Notes: a model not told the origin generated them from the sequence alone. Positions 48,520 to 62,880 are shown, counted from the first letter of the whole stretch. The stretch: DNA of 63,614 nt, filler included, from Octopus bimaculoides (GCF_001194135.2; 4 parts of 4 records of this genome joined end to end with filler, not necessarily neighbours in it), one strand, 5' to 3'. Translations and numbers: made by a program.

Positions 48520-48974
48520 ATTTTTCAGAGTCGTAAACATATGGATAAATTCTATTGGTGAATAAAAAAAATAGCACCCTCTCCGGATTGAGCAGCGGTA
48601 CCGCAGTGTTTAGGTCACTACACATTCAGCGTCTGACTTTACAGTCATAAGGGACATAACTCTAATCCCACCTATTTCTTTCTATATTTTTCTGATTTAT
48701 TTTTCGTTTTCCAGTTTTTCAATCTTCAGACTTTTATATCTACACCCTTCTCACCTTTCTCTCATCCTGTCGTCCTGTATTAGCTTGTTATGCCGAGTGG
48801 ACATAGCCTGAGGATTACGTGAAGGCACCAGATGTGTTAAAAATACTGTCTGATGTTTCCGTTGTATGAAACTATTAGTAGCTTATAAAACAGAAAAAAA
48901 ATATATATTGAGATTATCAAATTATATTTATCTCTCACCAGACAGAATATATTTTGTGTTAATCGTATCATTAC

Positions 48975-49080
48975 GGAGCAGTGTTCAAATTCCGCTAAGT
49001 TCGACTTTGCATTTCATCCTTCGGCGTCGATAAAACTAGGTACAAGTCGTACTCGGGAGCCGATGTAATCTACTTATCCA
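48975..49080 (+). mobile_element. SINE family E fragment
   Basis: GTTCAAATTCCGCTAAGTTCGACTTTGCATTTCATCCTT. Confidence 0.55.
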
Positions 49081-49757
49081 CATGTATATTTGTATGCGCA
49101 TATATATGTATGTTACAAGGGATCAGACTGTATAACATAGTACAAAATATAAAATATACTGAGATTTTCAAAAAAGTAAGCACAGCGAAATAAAACGATA
49201 CAGTTGGGTGTATAAAAAGATCTTAATCTCAACTCTCTAAAGTTATAGAAATAAATTGAAAGAAAATATCAGTAGATATAGAGAGAAGAGACAGTTTACA
49301 ATAATTTAGTAAATACTAACATATATACCTTACACATGACACCATAAATCATTTTACTTTAAAGAAATATTTAGTTTAGCAGTGATTAATGATGATATTG
49401 TAAATATATGGCAAAAAAAGAAAAGAAACATGTTATATGTCTTCCAGATGAAATCTTAGCATTGCAGTCGTAGCAACGTTGCTTATTTATATGTTTTTCA
49501 AAAATGACATGAAAAAACATCTTTATTGTATTCCTATGTTCAGAAAAGATATTTCTTATATATCCCATTAATGTTTTTAATATTTTATGCATATATATGT
49601 AGTAGTATTTCTATTTCCTGCGATAATTCTAGGGTATGTTGGAACTCTAAATGGATTTGAAAAGCTAACTGAGAAAATATAAGGTTATACATACGTACGT
49701 ACATGTAAACAAACATTCATACATACAAGCATACACATGTACATACATTATCTAGGC

Positions 49758-49908
49758 ACAGGTGTGGCTGCGTGGTAAGAAGATTCTTTCCCAATCATAT
49801 GGTTGCGAGTTCAGTCCCGTTGCGTGGGACACTGGGTGGGTGAGTTTTACAACCACGGACTGACAAAAGATTTGCGACCTGGCTTGGTACCCGGAAACTG
49901 AAGGAGCA
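49758..49908 (+). mobile_element. SINE family A, diverged
   Basis: GGTGTGGCTGCGTGGTAAGAAG...GAGTTCAGTCCCG...CGGAAACTGAAGGAGC. Confidence 0.65.
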
Positions 49909-49918
49909 CATACTACAA

Positions 49919-49949
<31 letters not shown>

Positions 49950-50284
49950 ATATATATATAAACAATATATGAGTATATGCATATATATGTACATGTATGT
50001 ACATACCTTCATCTACATGTACATATAGATACATATTTGGGTACATGACGTTGCAAAAGAACATGGACAAAATGATAAACAAGGTACAACAAACAAGCAG
50101 GCCACATAGAGAACATATCCTTCATCAGCTGCCACCATCAAAACTCGAAGAGTTAGGGCAGGNNNNNNNNNNNNNNNNNNNNNNNNNNNNNNNNNNNNNN
50201 NNNNNNNNNNNNNNNNNNNNNNNNNNNNNNNNNNNNNNNNNNNNNNNNNNNNNNNNNNNNNNNNNNNNNNNNNNNNNNNNNNNN

Positions 50285-50320
<36 letters not shown>

Positions 50321-50939
50321 GATATGTATGTATGTATGTATGTCACGTCACTCTTGAGCGCTACTGGCAACATGTAACCGAATACAACCTGTTGCACGAT
50401 AGGCGACTAAATTAGCAACTCCATTAAACATGGTTGGTGAGGAGGGTGACTGTTAGATACACTGCTGAACGAAAAATAAGGTTGTCAAAGTGCAGAAGAG
50501 CTCATGAGCAGTCAACGGCCATCATCGTTCACTCTCATTTCAATATTTATTGCTAACAGAGAAGGCGCCGGTTTCTAACCTAGATCCAAGGTTCTTTCTT
50601 TGGAATTGCACATCAACTGCAGGATATTATGTATGTATGTATGTGTGCATGTATGTATGTATTTATGTATGCAAATTTGCATGTTGTGCTTTATGTATGT
50701 ATTTTCATGCATATAGTTACATATCTAGACATGGACATCTATATTTAAATGAAATACTTCTGGAAAGTTTTACAGATTTTTACAGTTCCAGTGATGGATT
50801 AGATCTATAGACTTCGAATCAGCTTTCTCTTTTCTGATTTTGATATGCCCAATTTCTCGAGATTGGTAGTTAGGCAGCGTGTTACATATCCCATATATGT
50901 ATGTATGCATATATACATATTTATGAATGTATGAACACG

Positions 50940-50988
<49 letters not shown>

Positions 50989-52379
50989 NNNNNNNNNNNN
51001 NNNNNNNNNNNNNNNNNNNNNNNNNNNNNNNNNNNNNNNNNNNNNNNNNNNNNNNNNNNNNNNNNNNNNNNNNNNNNNNNNNNNNNNNNNNNNNNNNNNN
51101 NNNNNNNNNNNNNNNNNNNNNNNNNNNNNNNNNNNNNNNNNNNNNNNNNNNNNNNNNNNNNNNNNNNNNNNNNNNNNNNNNNNNNNNNNNNNNNNNNNNN
51201 NNNNNNNNNNNNNNNNNNNNNNNNNNNNNNNNNNNNNNNNNNNNNNNNNNNNNNNNNNNNNNNNNNNNNNNNNNNNNNNNNNNNNNNNNNNNNNNNNNNN
51301 NNNNNNNNNNNNNNNNNNNNNNNNNNNNNNNNNNNNNNNNNNNNNNNNNNNNNNNNNNNNNNNNNNNNNNNNNNNNNNNNNNNNNNNNNNNNNNNNNNNN
51401 NNNNNNNNNNNNNNNNNNNNNNNNNNNNNNNNNNNNNNNNNNNNNNNNNNNNNNNNNNNNNNNNNNNNNNNNNNNNNNNNNNNNNNNNNNNNNNNNNNNN
51501 NNNNNNNNNNNNNNNNNNNNNNNNNNNNNNNNNNNNNNNNNNNNNNNNNNNNNNNNNNNNNNNNNNNNNNNNNNNNNNNNNNNNNNNNNNNNNNNNNNNN
51601 NNNNNNNNNNNNNNNNNNNNNNNNNNNNNNNNNNNNNNNNNNNNNNNNNNNNNNNNNNNNNNNNNNNNNNNNNNNNNNNNNNNNNNNNNNNNNNNNNNNN
51701 NNNNNNNNNNNNNNNNNNNNTACTAACATACATACATATATGTATATATACCTGAGATATATATATTTTTAAATATATATATAATCGTACAGACAACACT
51801 TCATACGTATATACATACTTAAAAAACATAGGCATAGCATATGTGTATGACCATACCTGATCTTATATACAAACGGCTGCGTACATTGTAGGTTTCTACC
51901 ATCACATACCCACAATCGTATATATATATATATGCTTATATTTATACCTGTATCCTTCTATGGAATTATATATATATATATATATATAAAAAGAGAGAGA
52001 GAGAGGTGTGTGTATGTATACGAATGTATGTATTGGGAATTAATGTACCAGAGTTAACGTGTAGAGAGCTCGTTAGAGAGACAGCAATTAATGCGTTGGA
52101 CGCATGGATCGGTCTTTCTATGAAATAACATTGAGCTAAATATATCGTGAGAGTTGTAAATGAGAGAAAGTGTATAACACATTTATCGTGTGAAGCTGAA
52201 ATAACAAAAGAACTATTAGAGTAACGAGGCTATCATGAATATGGATGTAAATTTATGGATGTCGATATGTAAACATACAACGAAATAATTGTATATACGT
52301 ATATATTTATATGAATGAAACCACATATGAACATACATGGATACACACATTGACACACAGATATATACATCTGTATACG

Positions 52380-52424
<45 letters not shown>

Positions 52425-52737
52425 GCATACACACATATATATGTATGTATATATATATAGATAGATGTATATAAACATATATATGTGTATGTGTATATAT
52501 ATATTTATATATATATATAAATAGAGGTGTCTGCGTGCGTGTGCGAGTGTGTGTGTGTGTGCATGTGTGTGTGTCTGTGTGTGTGTGTGTGTTTGTGTTC
52601 GTAAATGAATTGGGTAGAGATAGAAAATAAAGTTACCTTGAAAGAAACACGTTCAGATTAATTCGGTATAGAACCATAACACTATATGCCTTATGTCACA
52701 TCATTGAGCTAGGAATAGGGACAAGTGAGTTGTATAG

Positions 52738-52782
<45 letters not shown>

Positions 52783-53412
52783 CGCGCGCGCAGAGACATA
52801 TACACACACAAAGAAATGGTGTAGAATTATATATAGAATGAAACAGAAACCAAAATACGTTTGTGTATATATATANNNNNNNNNNNNNNNNNNNNNNNNN
52901 NNNNNNNNNNNNNNNNNNNNNNNNNNNNNNNNNNNNNNNNNNNNNNNNNNNNNNNNNNNNNNNNNNNNNNNNNNNNNNNNNNNNNNNNNNNNNNNNNNNN
53001 NNNNNNNNNNNNNNNNNNNNNNNNNNNNNNNNNNNNNNNNNNNNNNNNNNNNNNNNNNNNNNNNNNNNNNNNNNNNNNNNNNNNNNNNNNNNNNNNNNNN
53101 NNNNNNNNNNNNNNNNNNNNNNNNNNNNNNNNNNNNNNNNNNNNNNNNNNNNNNNNNNNNNNNNNNNNNNNNNNNNNNNNNNNNNNNNNNNNNNNNNNNN
53201 NNNNNNNNNNNNNNNNNNNNNNNNNNNNNNNNNNNNNNNNNNNNNNNNNNNNNNNNNNNNNNNNNNNNNNNNNNNNNNNNNNNNNNNNNNNNNNNNNNNN
53301 NNNNNNNNNNNNNNNNNNNNNNNNNNNNNNNNNNNNNNNNNNNNNNNNNNNNNNNNNNNNNNNNNNNNNNNNNNNNNNNNNNNNNNNNNNNNNNNNNNNN
53401 NNNNNNNNNNNN

Positions 53413-53444
<32 letters not shown>

Positions 53445-53519
53445 TGTGTGTGTGTGTGTGTGTTTGTGTGAATACATCAAAAATTCAACCGGCTAGAATT
53501 TTCCCACATGGCGGATATA

Positions 53520-55477
53520 GACTCGCTAGAATCAAGGAAACACCATCTCTAAAACTGTTTGAAAAATGTTATTGACGATCAAAGCTAAGCGGAAGAGAAA
53601 TGGGCCATTGATAAAATAAAAGCCAACCCGAAAATGTTCTTCTCATTCGCTAAAAAGCATACGGCTGTAGTCTCATCTATTGGATGAAAACAACATACTA
53701 CAAAGTGGTACAGAGGTCATGGTTGAAATTCTGAAGAAGCAATACTGCTCTGCTTTTAACAATTCGGATATGATTAATCTGAACAGCATTGACGAATCAA
53801 ACCCCGAGTAAACCCTGTGTCATATATCATAGCAGCTAGAAGTAAAATTAGAAACTACTCAGTTGCAGGTCCTGACAGATTCCCCACTAAAGTCCTGAAC
53901 GAAGGCCGTCAAAACCTTGCATTCTCCCTAGCCATTTTCTGGAGAAAATCACTAGACGCTGGCTACATTCCTGATGGATTCCTTTCTCAGTCGATCGTTC
54001 CAGTCTTCAAAAAGAGCAGCAAGTCCCAGGCAGTGAATTACCGACCTATCTCCCTTACTTCTCATCTCATCAAACTATTTGAGAGAGTGGTGCGATCTAG
54101 AGTGACTCACATCCTGGAAAGCAACAACCTGCAAGTCCCCAACTGGTATGGTTTCCGCAATGGCAGGGACTGCCTTACACAGCTCCTGCATCATTTCAAT
54201 GATATCCTAAAGGCCTTGGGTGAGGGACCCAATGCAGATGTCATATATCTTGACTTCAGCAAGGCCTTTGACCACAACATCGTATTGAAAAAGAACTCTC
54301 CAGCATTGGAGGAGTGCAGGGGAAGCTTCTAAAGTGGTTTAAATTCTTTCTGGTGATCAAAACGCAGCATGTGGTGATCAATGGTGTTCGATCAAGCACA
54401 GCAAAAGTCATCGCTTGTGTCCCACAAAGCACTGTGTTAGGCCCACTCCTGTTCCTCATGTACATAAATGACATCATCAGAGTCATTAAATACAGTAATA
54501 TAAAAATTTTCGCAGATAACTCTAAGCTTCTGAGGGTTGTCGACAGGATATGAGACCGGACAAATCTTCAATCAAACCTAGTTGCTGTTATCCAATGAGC
54601 ACAGAAACATAACATGCAACTGAACGAGAACAGGCTTGAGTTAATCCAGTTTGGTAAAGAGGCTGCACTTAAGCCACCATATATTCTTCCTTCAGGCGAA
54701 CACTTCACAGCATCAAACATCGCTAAGGTCCTCGGTGTGACTGTCGGCGATAACTTAAATTGGAGTGTCCACAGAAACAAGAAAGTCGACATGAGTCGCA
54801 AGGCGTGCTCCTGAATCGTCAGGACTTTCCACTCTAGAGATGCTCCAACCATTATCCTTCCTTTTCACTACCTTCGTTCGCCCTCTTCTTGAATACTGTT
54901 GTCCGCTATGGTCTCCATACACGAGACAGAATATTTAAAATCTTGAAGCAACCCAGAGATCAATTACAAAAAATATTGATAGCATGTCTGGTCTTAATTA
55001 CTGGGATCAACTTGCGAATCTCAAAATGTATTCTCTCCAACGCCGCCGAGGACGCTATATTATTTGTATGATGTGGAAATTGTTCCGACAGTATTGCCCA
55101 AATGATATGGGTATCACTTTTAAAATCAACCCATGGTTTGGTCCCCATGCCATGCGTCCTCTACAGAAATCGTGCTCTCAGCAACACTAAGACAGTACTT
55201 CTCCTCAACTGGACCTGCTCTTTGTGACATCATTCCAAAACATGTAAAAGGAGGGAAAAGATTTCATTACCTTCAAACAGTTCCTGGATGAATATCTCCA
55301 ACAAATTCCAGATAAACCACCTCCACCTGGATATACTGCTGCAAACAACAACTCTTTAATCGAATGGGCAATGGTGCCCAAAAATAACTCTACAAAAATA
55401 CATTACTAAATGTCTTTTCCAGGTGGTGCTATTAAGTTAGCTATGGCCTGGGCCAATGTGGCCCCGAAACCTATCCA

Positions 55478-55479
<2 letters not shown>
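53520..55479 (+). mobile_element. CR1-type non-LTR retrotransposon ORF2 (reverse transcriptase) pseudogene with 3' end
   Basis: AGPDRF, PVFKK..NYRPISLTS, GFRNGRDCLTQLL, YLDFSKAFD, VPQSTVLGPLLF, IFADNSK, LEYCCPLWSP, SLQRRR. Multiple stops and frameshifts. Terminal stem-loop GGCCA-ATG-TGGCC before (TA)n. Confidence 0.9.
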
Positions 55480-55513
<34 letters not shown>

Positions 55514-56034
55514 TGTGTGCGTGTGTGTATCCATTAATATATATATANNNNNNNNNNTATATATATGCGTGTGTGCGTGTGTGTATCCATTAATATATAT
55601 ATAACGCATACATACACACATACATAATTGAACCCATACGTACATAGATATATGAATGTGTGTCTGTGTGTATGTATTTTTGTGTATGTGTGTATCTTTG
55701 TGTGTATCAAAACACACAATATCTTTTCGCTGAAAATTCCAGTATAATTTACCAATGATGTATTTTAACTACGCTTTCCAGCTGCACCCATTCCCCCAAA
55801 AAACACACTTCTGTGCGGACGTAATATGTGACGTGTTTGATATATATATACATATGCCTCGAGTTGCTTTTAAATCAGTCGCAGTAAATAATATTATATT
55901 AACTCACTTTGCCCTAAGTACTTGTTTATACAGCACTTAGAGATATGCTGTAAGGTAATGCACTCCTAATATAATTTGGTTCATGTGTGTGTGTATTTGT
56001 ATGTATGCATGTGTGTTTACGAATGTAGGTGTAA

Positions 56035-56097
<63 letters not shown>

Positions 56098-56128
56098 AGC
56101 AACTATCTGTCTGATTCTGTAAATATAT

Positions 56129-56162
<34 letters not shown>

Positions 56163-56354
56163 GAACGTGCATGTTTGCTTTCTGTCGACTTTTAATAAAC
56201 ACTAAATGAAACTGAAGAATTCCTCACTGCAGTTTACTAGAGTCTTACAAGAACTGGGGTGACAATAAACACGAAATATTGTCTGTTAGCCTTAAGCCAC
56301 CTGACATAGGTTCTCAGGCTCAAAATTCGAAGTCACTGTCACACTCTACCTCCT

Positions 56355-56396
<42 letters not shown>

Positions 56397-56397
<1 letters not shown>

Positions 56398-56518
56398 GAC
56401 GGGCTTCTTTCAGTTTCTGTCTACCAAATACACTCACAGGGCTTTGGTCTACCCGAGGCTATAGTAGAAGACACTTGCTGAAGGTGCCGCTCAATGGGAC
56501 TGAACCCAGAACCATGTT
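56397..56518 (-). mobile_element. SINE family A fragment
   Basis: CGACGGGCTTCTTTCAGTTTCTGTCTACC...GGGACTGAACCCAGAACCATG. Confidence 0.8.
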
Positions 56519-56878
56519 GACTATACTTCACCTCACTAAGCACCTACCATTCATCGGATCTTGAGCCTAGAGTGGACAGTGAAATACGCACCGGTGTGTA
56601 CACCGGTGTACCTTTACGTATACGTTGTGTATTTGGTCAATACTTGTGAATGTATGCATAGCTGAATGACATGTTTTTATTTAATTTCCTAAGTACGTAA
56701 GTGTTCGTACACGCTGTTAGAACAAAGATGCGCTACCTCCGACTCTACCCTGGTGCTTTGGTATTTAAATACGCTAATTCCATTGGATCCTGAAAATTTT
56801 TATNNNNNNNNNNNNNNNNNNNNNNNNNNNNNNNNNNNNNNNNNNNNNNNNNNNNNNNNNNNNNNNNNNNNNNNNNNN

Positions 56879-56916
<38 letters not shown>

Positions 56917-57154
56917 GTATGTATGAATGCATGTATGGAGAAAAAAACGTCGTCAAAATTTTGGGAAAAAATTCTTTTATTTCTTCATTATTATTAACGC
57001 TTTCGTTCCTTTCTAAAAGTTGTCAAATAGATTTTTGTGAATGTACAAACAGCTTGTTCATTTATATAAAACATGTTTATTTGGGTTTTGTTTAGAAGAG
57101 AATATTGTTATTTTTTGTGAGGTTCTATGATAATGGAGATGAATAAATAGAAAT

Positions 57155-57191
<37 letters not shown>

Positions 57192-57679
57192 CAGACAGAT
57201 ACGTAGAGGGAAAGAGAGGGAGAACGTCTACCCACCTTCCTATTCACCGTTCATTCATTTATTTATTTATCTAGTCCTTTACCATTATATTGAAATGAGT
57301 CTAAGGATAGTGAACTTTTCACAAACGAAAAAAAAAAAACAGGACTGACAGTCATTTTGTATTCTTTCTCTCTTCACCTTTCTTCTTATTTCCCTCTTCT
57401 TTCCTATTTCCTCTTTTCTTCCGTTTTCTCCTCTGACTTATATTTATAATATACCCCTTCCAAACATTCACTTTTGGAGGGAATTTTCTAATAAAGTGTA
57501 GTTCTGTATGGAAATACATTAGTATAATATTTGTAAATTAACAATTTGAAAAACCAATCAGTTTGAATTAGATATTAGCGGATTTATTTGGTTAAAGTTT
57601 TAAAATAAATTAAAGAGTTAATATGTATCTTATAAAGTGATGAGATAAGGTTGATAGAAGAGATGCAGAGGGGTATGTG

Positions 57680-58180
57680 TTAATGATCATGGAAGTTTGT
57701 ATTTATAAAAGATTTATGAAAGGATTTAGAAGTGCGGAAGGATTTGTCCTTACACGTAGTGATGGCCTCGTTGTGTTTATTAAGCAATCGTGGTGAGTTG
57801 TAGGTTAGAATTTTGAGGGCTTCTTTTTAGCAGAGTCCACAAATGGAGTGTTGGTCTTGATACGAGTTTAATTGCATTTTTCTATTTATCAGAAGGTGTA
57901 CGTGGCTGGCTAGCGATGTGGAATTGCGATTCTCTTTATATTTAAACGAGTTTTAATGTGCATCATACTTTTGTTTAAAATTTGTGGTAAATCCAATGTA
58001 GTAGCTATAAGAGTTATTTCCCTTGTTGTGAACGGTGCATTGGTATACGACGGTGAATCTTCTGCAATGGGCTTGAAGCGAGCAGTCTGTCCCGGATCTG
58101 CAGCTATCAGTTCTACGATGGTTAATTAGGGAGAAAGATGAGGTAGTGCTGGTAGTGGCTAGGGTAGTACTAGGTGAGTA
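57680..58180 (-). mobile_element. Penelope-like GIY-YIG endonuclease and C-terminus, degraded
   Basis: CRSGTDCSLQAHC..TVVYQCTV..SYYIGFTTNFKQKYDAH*NSFKYKENRNSTSLASH..CGLC*KEALKIL..LLNKHNEAITTCK (VY/YIG, H.SSF, C.LC, LNK.SE motifs). Confidence 0.8.
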
Positions 58181-58282
58181 GTTCGTGATATTTCTGTTAT
58201 TATTGTCGTCATTTCTAGTATCAATATCAACGCCAGCGTTACCATTATTATTATTATTATTATTATTAACGTCATTACCGTT

Positions 58283-58330
<48 letters not shown>

Positions 58331-58379
58331 CTTTATATATGAATGTGTGTATTATGTAACAAAATCGGTTATAGTACTA

Positions 58380-59720
58380 TTATCTTTATTATTGGCATAA
58401 AGCCATTTTATACATAGTTTACAGTGGGACGATGCAAAAGACGTACATGGGGAAAGAAAAATGAACGAATGATTTATGGATTATTAATTAATGATGATGA
58501 AATGGCTTCCCGCCCACCAAAGCGGAGAGTTCCATTTAACTGTTCTAACTCTTCAGAATTTACCATGATTCATTGCAATTATATTTTACGTTGTGCTAGT
58601 AATCCCAGTAAAAATCCAAGTGCACAAGGCCCACTACAGCTGGCATCTCATCGTATTTCACTTTAATCGCCATACATTCAATTCTTTCACCAAATCTTTC
58701 CTTTAACTTTGTCGCTTTTCCATCATCCACCAGCACCGCTATGGTGTTTTCCTCTGACATTCTGACTCTTACAACGCCTTTTATTTTTGTTACCTGTTTT
58801 TCTATCTCTATGTCTCTTTTATACACGACCATTCTTTTTTCATATTCTCCTGATGGTATCTTCCCCGACTGTTCTTCTTTCCGGTCGTTCTTTCTGTTTC
58901 TTCTCATTTTTGCTCGTAGAAGGCTCTGGTTCGGGTTCTAGCATTTGACGTGATCTCGCTTCATTCTCTCTCTTTTCCTTTGCTGCTTTTTACTTTTCTT
59001 TTTGGGTGGTGACTCACTCTTTCCTTCTCTCTCGGTTTCAGCGACTGCTATTTCTTTTTCCACAACCGAACATCTCTCCTCCTCCTGACACTCCTCTGTC
59101 ACTTGTTCTTGTCTCTGGGGCACTTTGCTCTTATGTGCCCCCTTACACCGCAACCGTAACATACTGGTAGCCTGCCCTCCACCATTAACCTTAGCCTGGC
59201 TTCATCAGGCTGGACTACCCCCCTCCGCAATCTCGTGGAGGTCTGACAAGGTGAAATGGAGTATGACCTCCAGGCCATACCCCCACCAATTGACCTCCGT
59301 TGTCTTTGGCATTTTAAAAATTTCTGTATTTTCTTCCGTATTAAATAAAATTGCCGCCACCAGCCAATCTTCCTCAATTTCAGGTGGCACCCTACCGATT
59401 CGAACTCGGGTTGCGCGCTTTCCGCAGTACGTCGGTAGTAGTGCCCATTTCGATGATTTTAAGGCTACGGTGGAGTATTTTTTCGCTTCGTTTTCATTAA
59501 CGAAGCGTACCTCCACCGTGCCGTATTTTCTTCCTCTATCAAAATACGTTATTACATCTTCAACATCCTTCCAGTACTCCTCTATCTCATCGACATTAGC
59601 AATTCCTCTCTTCTTTGTAGCTATTTTTAACGTACGGTAGGTTATTGTCTTTCTCTCTGCCTTCTCTGTTGCTTCTTTTGGTGGTGTTAGCCTCAGGCTA
59701 TCACCTTTCTTCAATAGTTC
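58380..59720 (-). mobile_element. Frameshifted gag-like ORF1 (RRM-like region + CCHC zinc knuckle) of an L1/Tx1-type element, with 3' tail but no ORF2
   Basis: ORF pieces 59205-59714, 59099-59377, 58938-59162 and 58596-58907 are joined by 1 bp shifts (G6 run at 59218-23; C4 run after CP). CYGCGVRGHIRAKC is Cx2Cx4Hx4C. A tail-like ...TTTATGCCAATAATAAAG lies at ~58384-58402. Confidence 0.65.
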
Positions 59721-60256
59721 GTTAAATTTTTTGAAGTCTTTATTTCTGACTTATAGTACTAGATACTAATAGATTTGAATTTATGAATTTATGAAATATC
59801 ACTTAGTATATTTAATATTTAGCTCGCTCTTAATAAAGCGTTTTAAAAGCATTTAGACTTATAGACAATGCTTACTTGCTATTTTCGTAAAATATTTAAG
59901 AAGATATGTCCGTCTGAAGAAACCTCATTATATTTTTAAAAGGGAATTTGTCAATCTTAGACAAAAGCTACATTTAATGAAGTAGAAACAGCTGAAACTT
60001 GACTTGTCCTTTGTTTATATAGAAATAATAAGATTGAATGGAATTTATCATTCAATTATTCAATTTATTAGTTTGTTACCATATCTTTGCCTAGGTGCTG
60101 AAAATAGACGCTAAGTCCGTCTAATCACTTCAATACATCACTTTATAGTTTACACATGTTAAAAGCGAGGAAGCTTGCATACAGAAATTCATAAATAATT
60201 CAGATAGTTTAGGATTGATCAATTGCTGGTCTAGTTAAATTAATAAATTTTCCTTC

Positions 60257-60315
<59 letters not shown>

Positions 60316-61538
60316 TGTGTGTGTGTCTGTGTGTGTGTGCGTACGTATGTATATGTATACGAACATGCATATTTACACGCATAATTACATGTATAAATAT
60401 ATACGTGCATATGTATCATTTTTACCAAATGTAGGTTGAATTTTCATCATTCGTTTGGCAAGAGCTACTTAAGCGAAAGTTTGAAGTGTTTATCGGCATA
60501 TCATTTGTGAAAGACATGAAAATATCGAAAAGGCTACCCTGACTGTTTGGTGGTAGAGCAGTGACAAGTAGAATGCCTTGTTACCGCAGAGACAGACATT
60601 GACCAGGGTATGTCAAATGACGAGTTCCTGTTAATCAACCAGATAATACTGTTGTTGTTTTTGGAGATACTGGTGATGTTGGTACTGTTTTTGATGTTAA
60701 AATAGGTGTTCGATAATAGGAGGAATATCTCAATAATGTTTAGCTATGAAGAACAAGCAGGAACAATGTGGTTTTCCTATTTTATTTCACTCACACTACT
60801 GAATTTGAGTTTATTAGATTTATAGTCTTTAACGCAATTAGAACCTACTGCAGGCAGATATTTAGCAGATAGTCAACAGATATCCACCAGATTACAAGGC
60901 CACGTGTAAAAAGCCAGCATTAATCCACCATTAAAGATATCTTTAATGCTATATATAAAACAGCTATCCGTTTTAGCAAGTTTTTATTGCAGGCAATAAG
61001 CATGATTTAAAATGGCTGCTTATTGCATTCTTCTAACTGTTATCACCTTTTATAATCACGTGCCATTTATTCTGTGATTGTAACTTCCGATGATTATCTT
61101 GATAAATTACATTTCAAAACAGACTATCTGCAAGCGCTTCTATCGCTGTTTATTCATATAACTATGCACGTTTGGTGAATATAGAACACTTTAATAAAAT
61201 ATAAGATAATAGAAACTACATGTGGGCATAAGCATTGAGTAAAGTATAAATGGCTGGGAACCTTTTAAAATATGGATTAGATGTTTTATCATCAAATGCA
61301 AGGTAAATATTGATTGATTTCGATGTTCTTCTCGTGATATGCGTGACGCCATACATTACATTTTAATGAAAGTGATGTGATTCTTCCATCCGCCTCACCA
61401 GACTGTTCCACGGGCACGCTTGTTATACTTGCATTCATACGTACATGCATACATACATACGCACATGCATATAATCGTTCATGCATATGCACATACATAC
61501 ACACGTACATATGTGTGTGTGTGTATATATATATATAT

Positions 61539-61569
<31 letters not shown>

Positions 61570-62009
61570 CATACATATATATATATATACATACATATAT
61601 ATATATATACATACATATATATATATATATATATACATACATATATATNNNNNNNNNNNNNNNNNNNNNNNNNNNNNNNNNNNNNNNNNNNNTTAATTAA
61701 TTAANNNNNNNNNNNNNNNNNNNNNNNNNNNNNNNNNNNNNNNNNNNNAATAGTGAAAGCATTAAGTAAGGTGTTATGAGTCAGCGCATAAATAGAAAAG
61801 TATGAGTGAGATTGGAAAGACAGAAAACTTATCTGGTCATGATTCTAGGTTCGTATTTATTCGGCAGACGTTGGCGGAATCGGGGTGCGTGCACTAGTTT
61901 ATAGTCCTGGCAAAGCAAGAGGTAATCGAAAGAGGGATAAGAGAGAGGGTGAGATTGAGAGAGACAGAGTAAGGTATAGAGGGTTAGGGTTAAAGGTCAG
62001 AACACGAGG

Positions 62010-62040
<31 letters not shown>

Positions 62041-62499
62041 TTTTGGGATTTCTGTCACATAGTTTGAAGAGACAGTAAATGTTATTTTAAAAAAATTTAT
62101 TATATTAATGTATTTGTCTGCATGTGCTTACTTTATGCATACTTCAGTATTATGTATACCTGCCATGTATTTATGTACATCATTAACATATAAGTGTATG
62201 TGAAAAGGTGGCGTCTGTCTTCAAAACTCCAAAGTTGAATAACATTTTCATGTTTGGATTTGTAAACTACCATAAGAATAACACTGGTCAACAAAGAATT
62301 TGTCCCAAGAAAAAGAGTACCTGCATCTTATGTTCTTGCATGCAGAATTCAAAAATAATGTCAAATTTGCTTACAAATTATTTACAAATTGTTTATAAAA
62401 TGGTTTTTTTTTGTTTTTTTGTTGTTTTCTTTTTTGCCTTCACTGTGTTTTACAAAATCAAACTAGAAAACTGGACAAAATAGAGAACGCAATTGAAAA

Positions 62500-62880
62500 A
62501 ATTAAAAATTAAAAAGAAAAAACTACTGAGACACGCCAGCATGCTTTCAGCATTGCAGAGGGTGATGGCGAGACTGATGCACTGGAACAGCCAAGCACCC
62601 TTACGAGCCTCACCAGTTACCTCAGCAAGGCGAGTTGCCAGTGAAGACAGGAATCTCGCAGTTAGTGGTCTCACCCCACCAAATGTCTCGAACGCTACAG
62701 GATGGAAAATGTAGTTGGCTGACAGATCACAGTACTTTAGGATTTTGTTCTGCTTGGCCACAGAAGTTGTGGATCTCGTCCTGACTGCAGCAACCATGAT
62801 GTGAGAAGAAGCAAAGGAGTCAACTGTGACATCCCCATCTGTATCACCCACAGTTTCTCTGTTCCACGATATCCCTCTCA
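62500..62880 (-). mobile_element. CRE-clade non-LTR retrotransposon 3' fragment (restriction-like endonuclease C-terminus)
   Basis: DVTVDSFA..KILKYCDLSANYIFHPVAFETFG..FLSSLATRL..TGEAR..WLFQCISLAITLCNA matches the CRE WDVT..D..A..K..KY..L..F.P.AFET.G..QRLS.AIQRGNA pattern; T-rich tail. Confidence 0.75.

Noticed and set aside
611-53575. Long ORFs of 150-440 aa in the ORF track (e.g. 6970-8289, 46867-47959, 50770-51835)
   Set aside because: They are open only because they span N runs or TA/CA/TTTC/ACC microsatellites (YIYI, VCVC, THTH, FLSF translations).
57680-59720. Gag-like ORF1 followed on the same strand by a GIY-YIG endonuclease, as a possible single novel element
   Set aside because: They are separated by a tail-like end and a TA/CA microsatellite, with no RT between them; independent insertions are more parsimonious.
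61975-62000. GGGTTAGGGTTA telomere-like hexamers
   Set aside because: Only two units in a GA-rich stretch; expected by chance.
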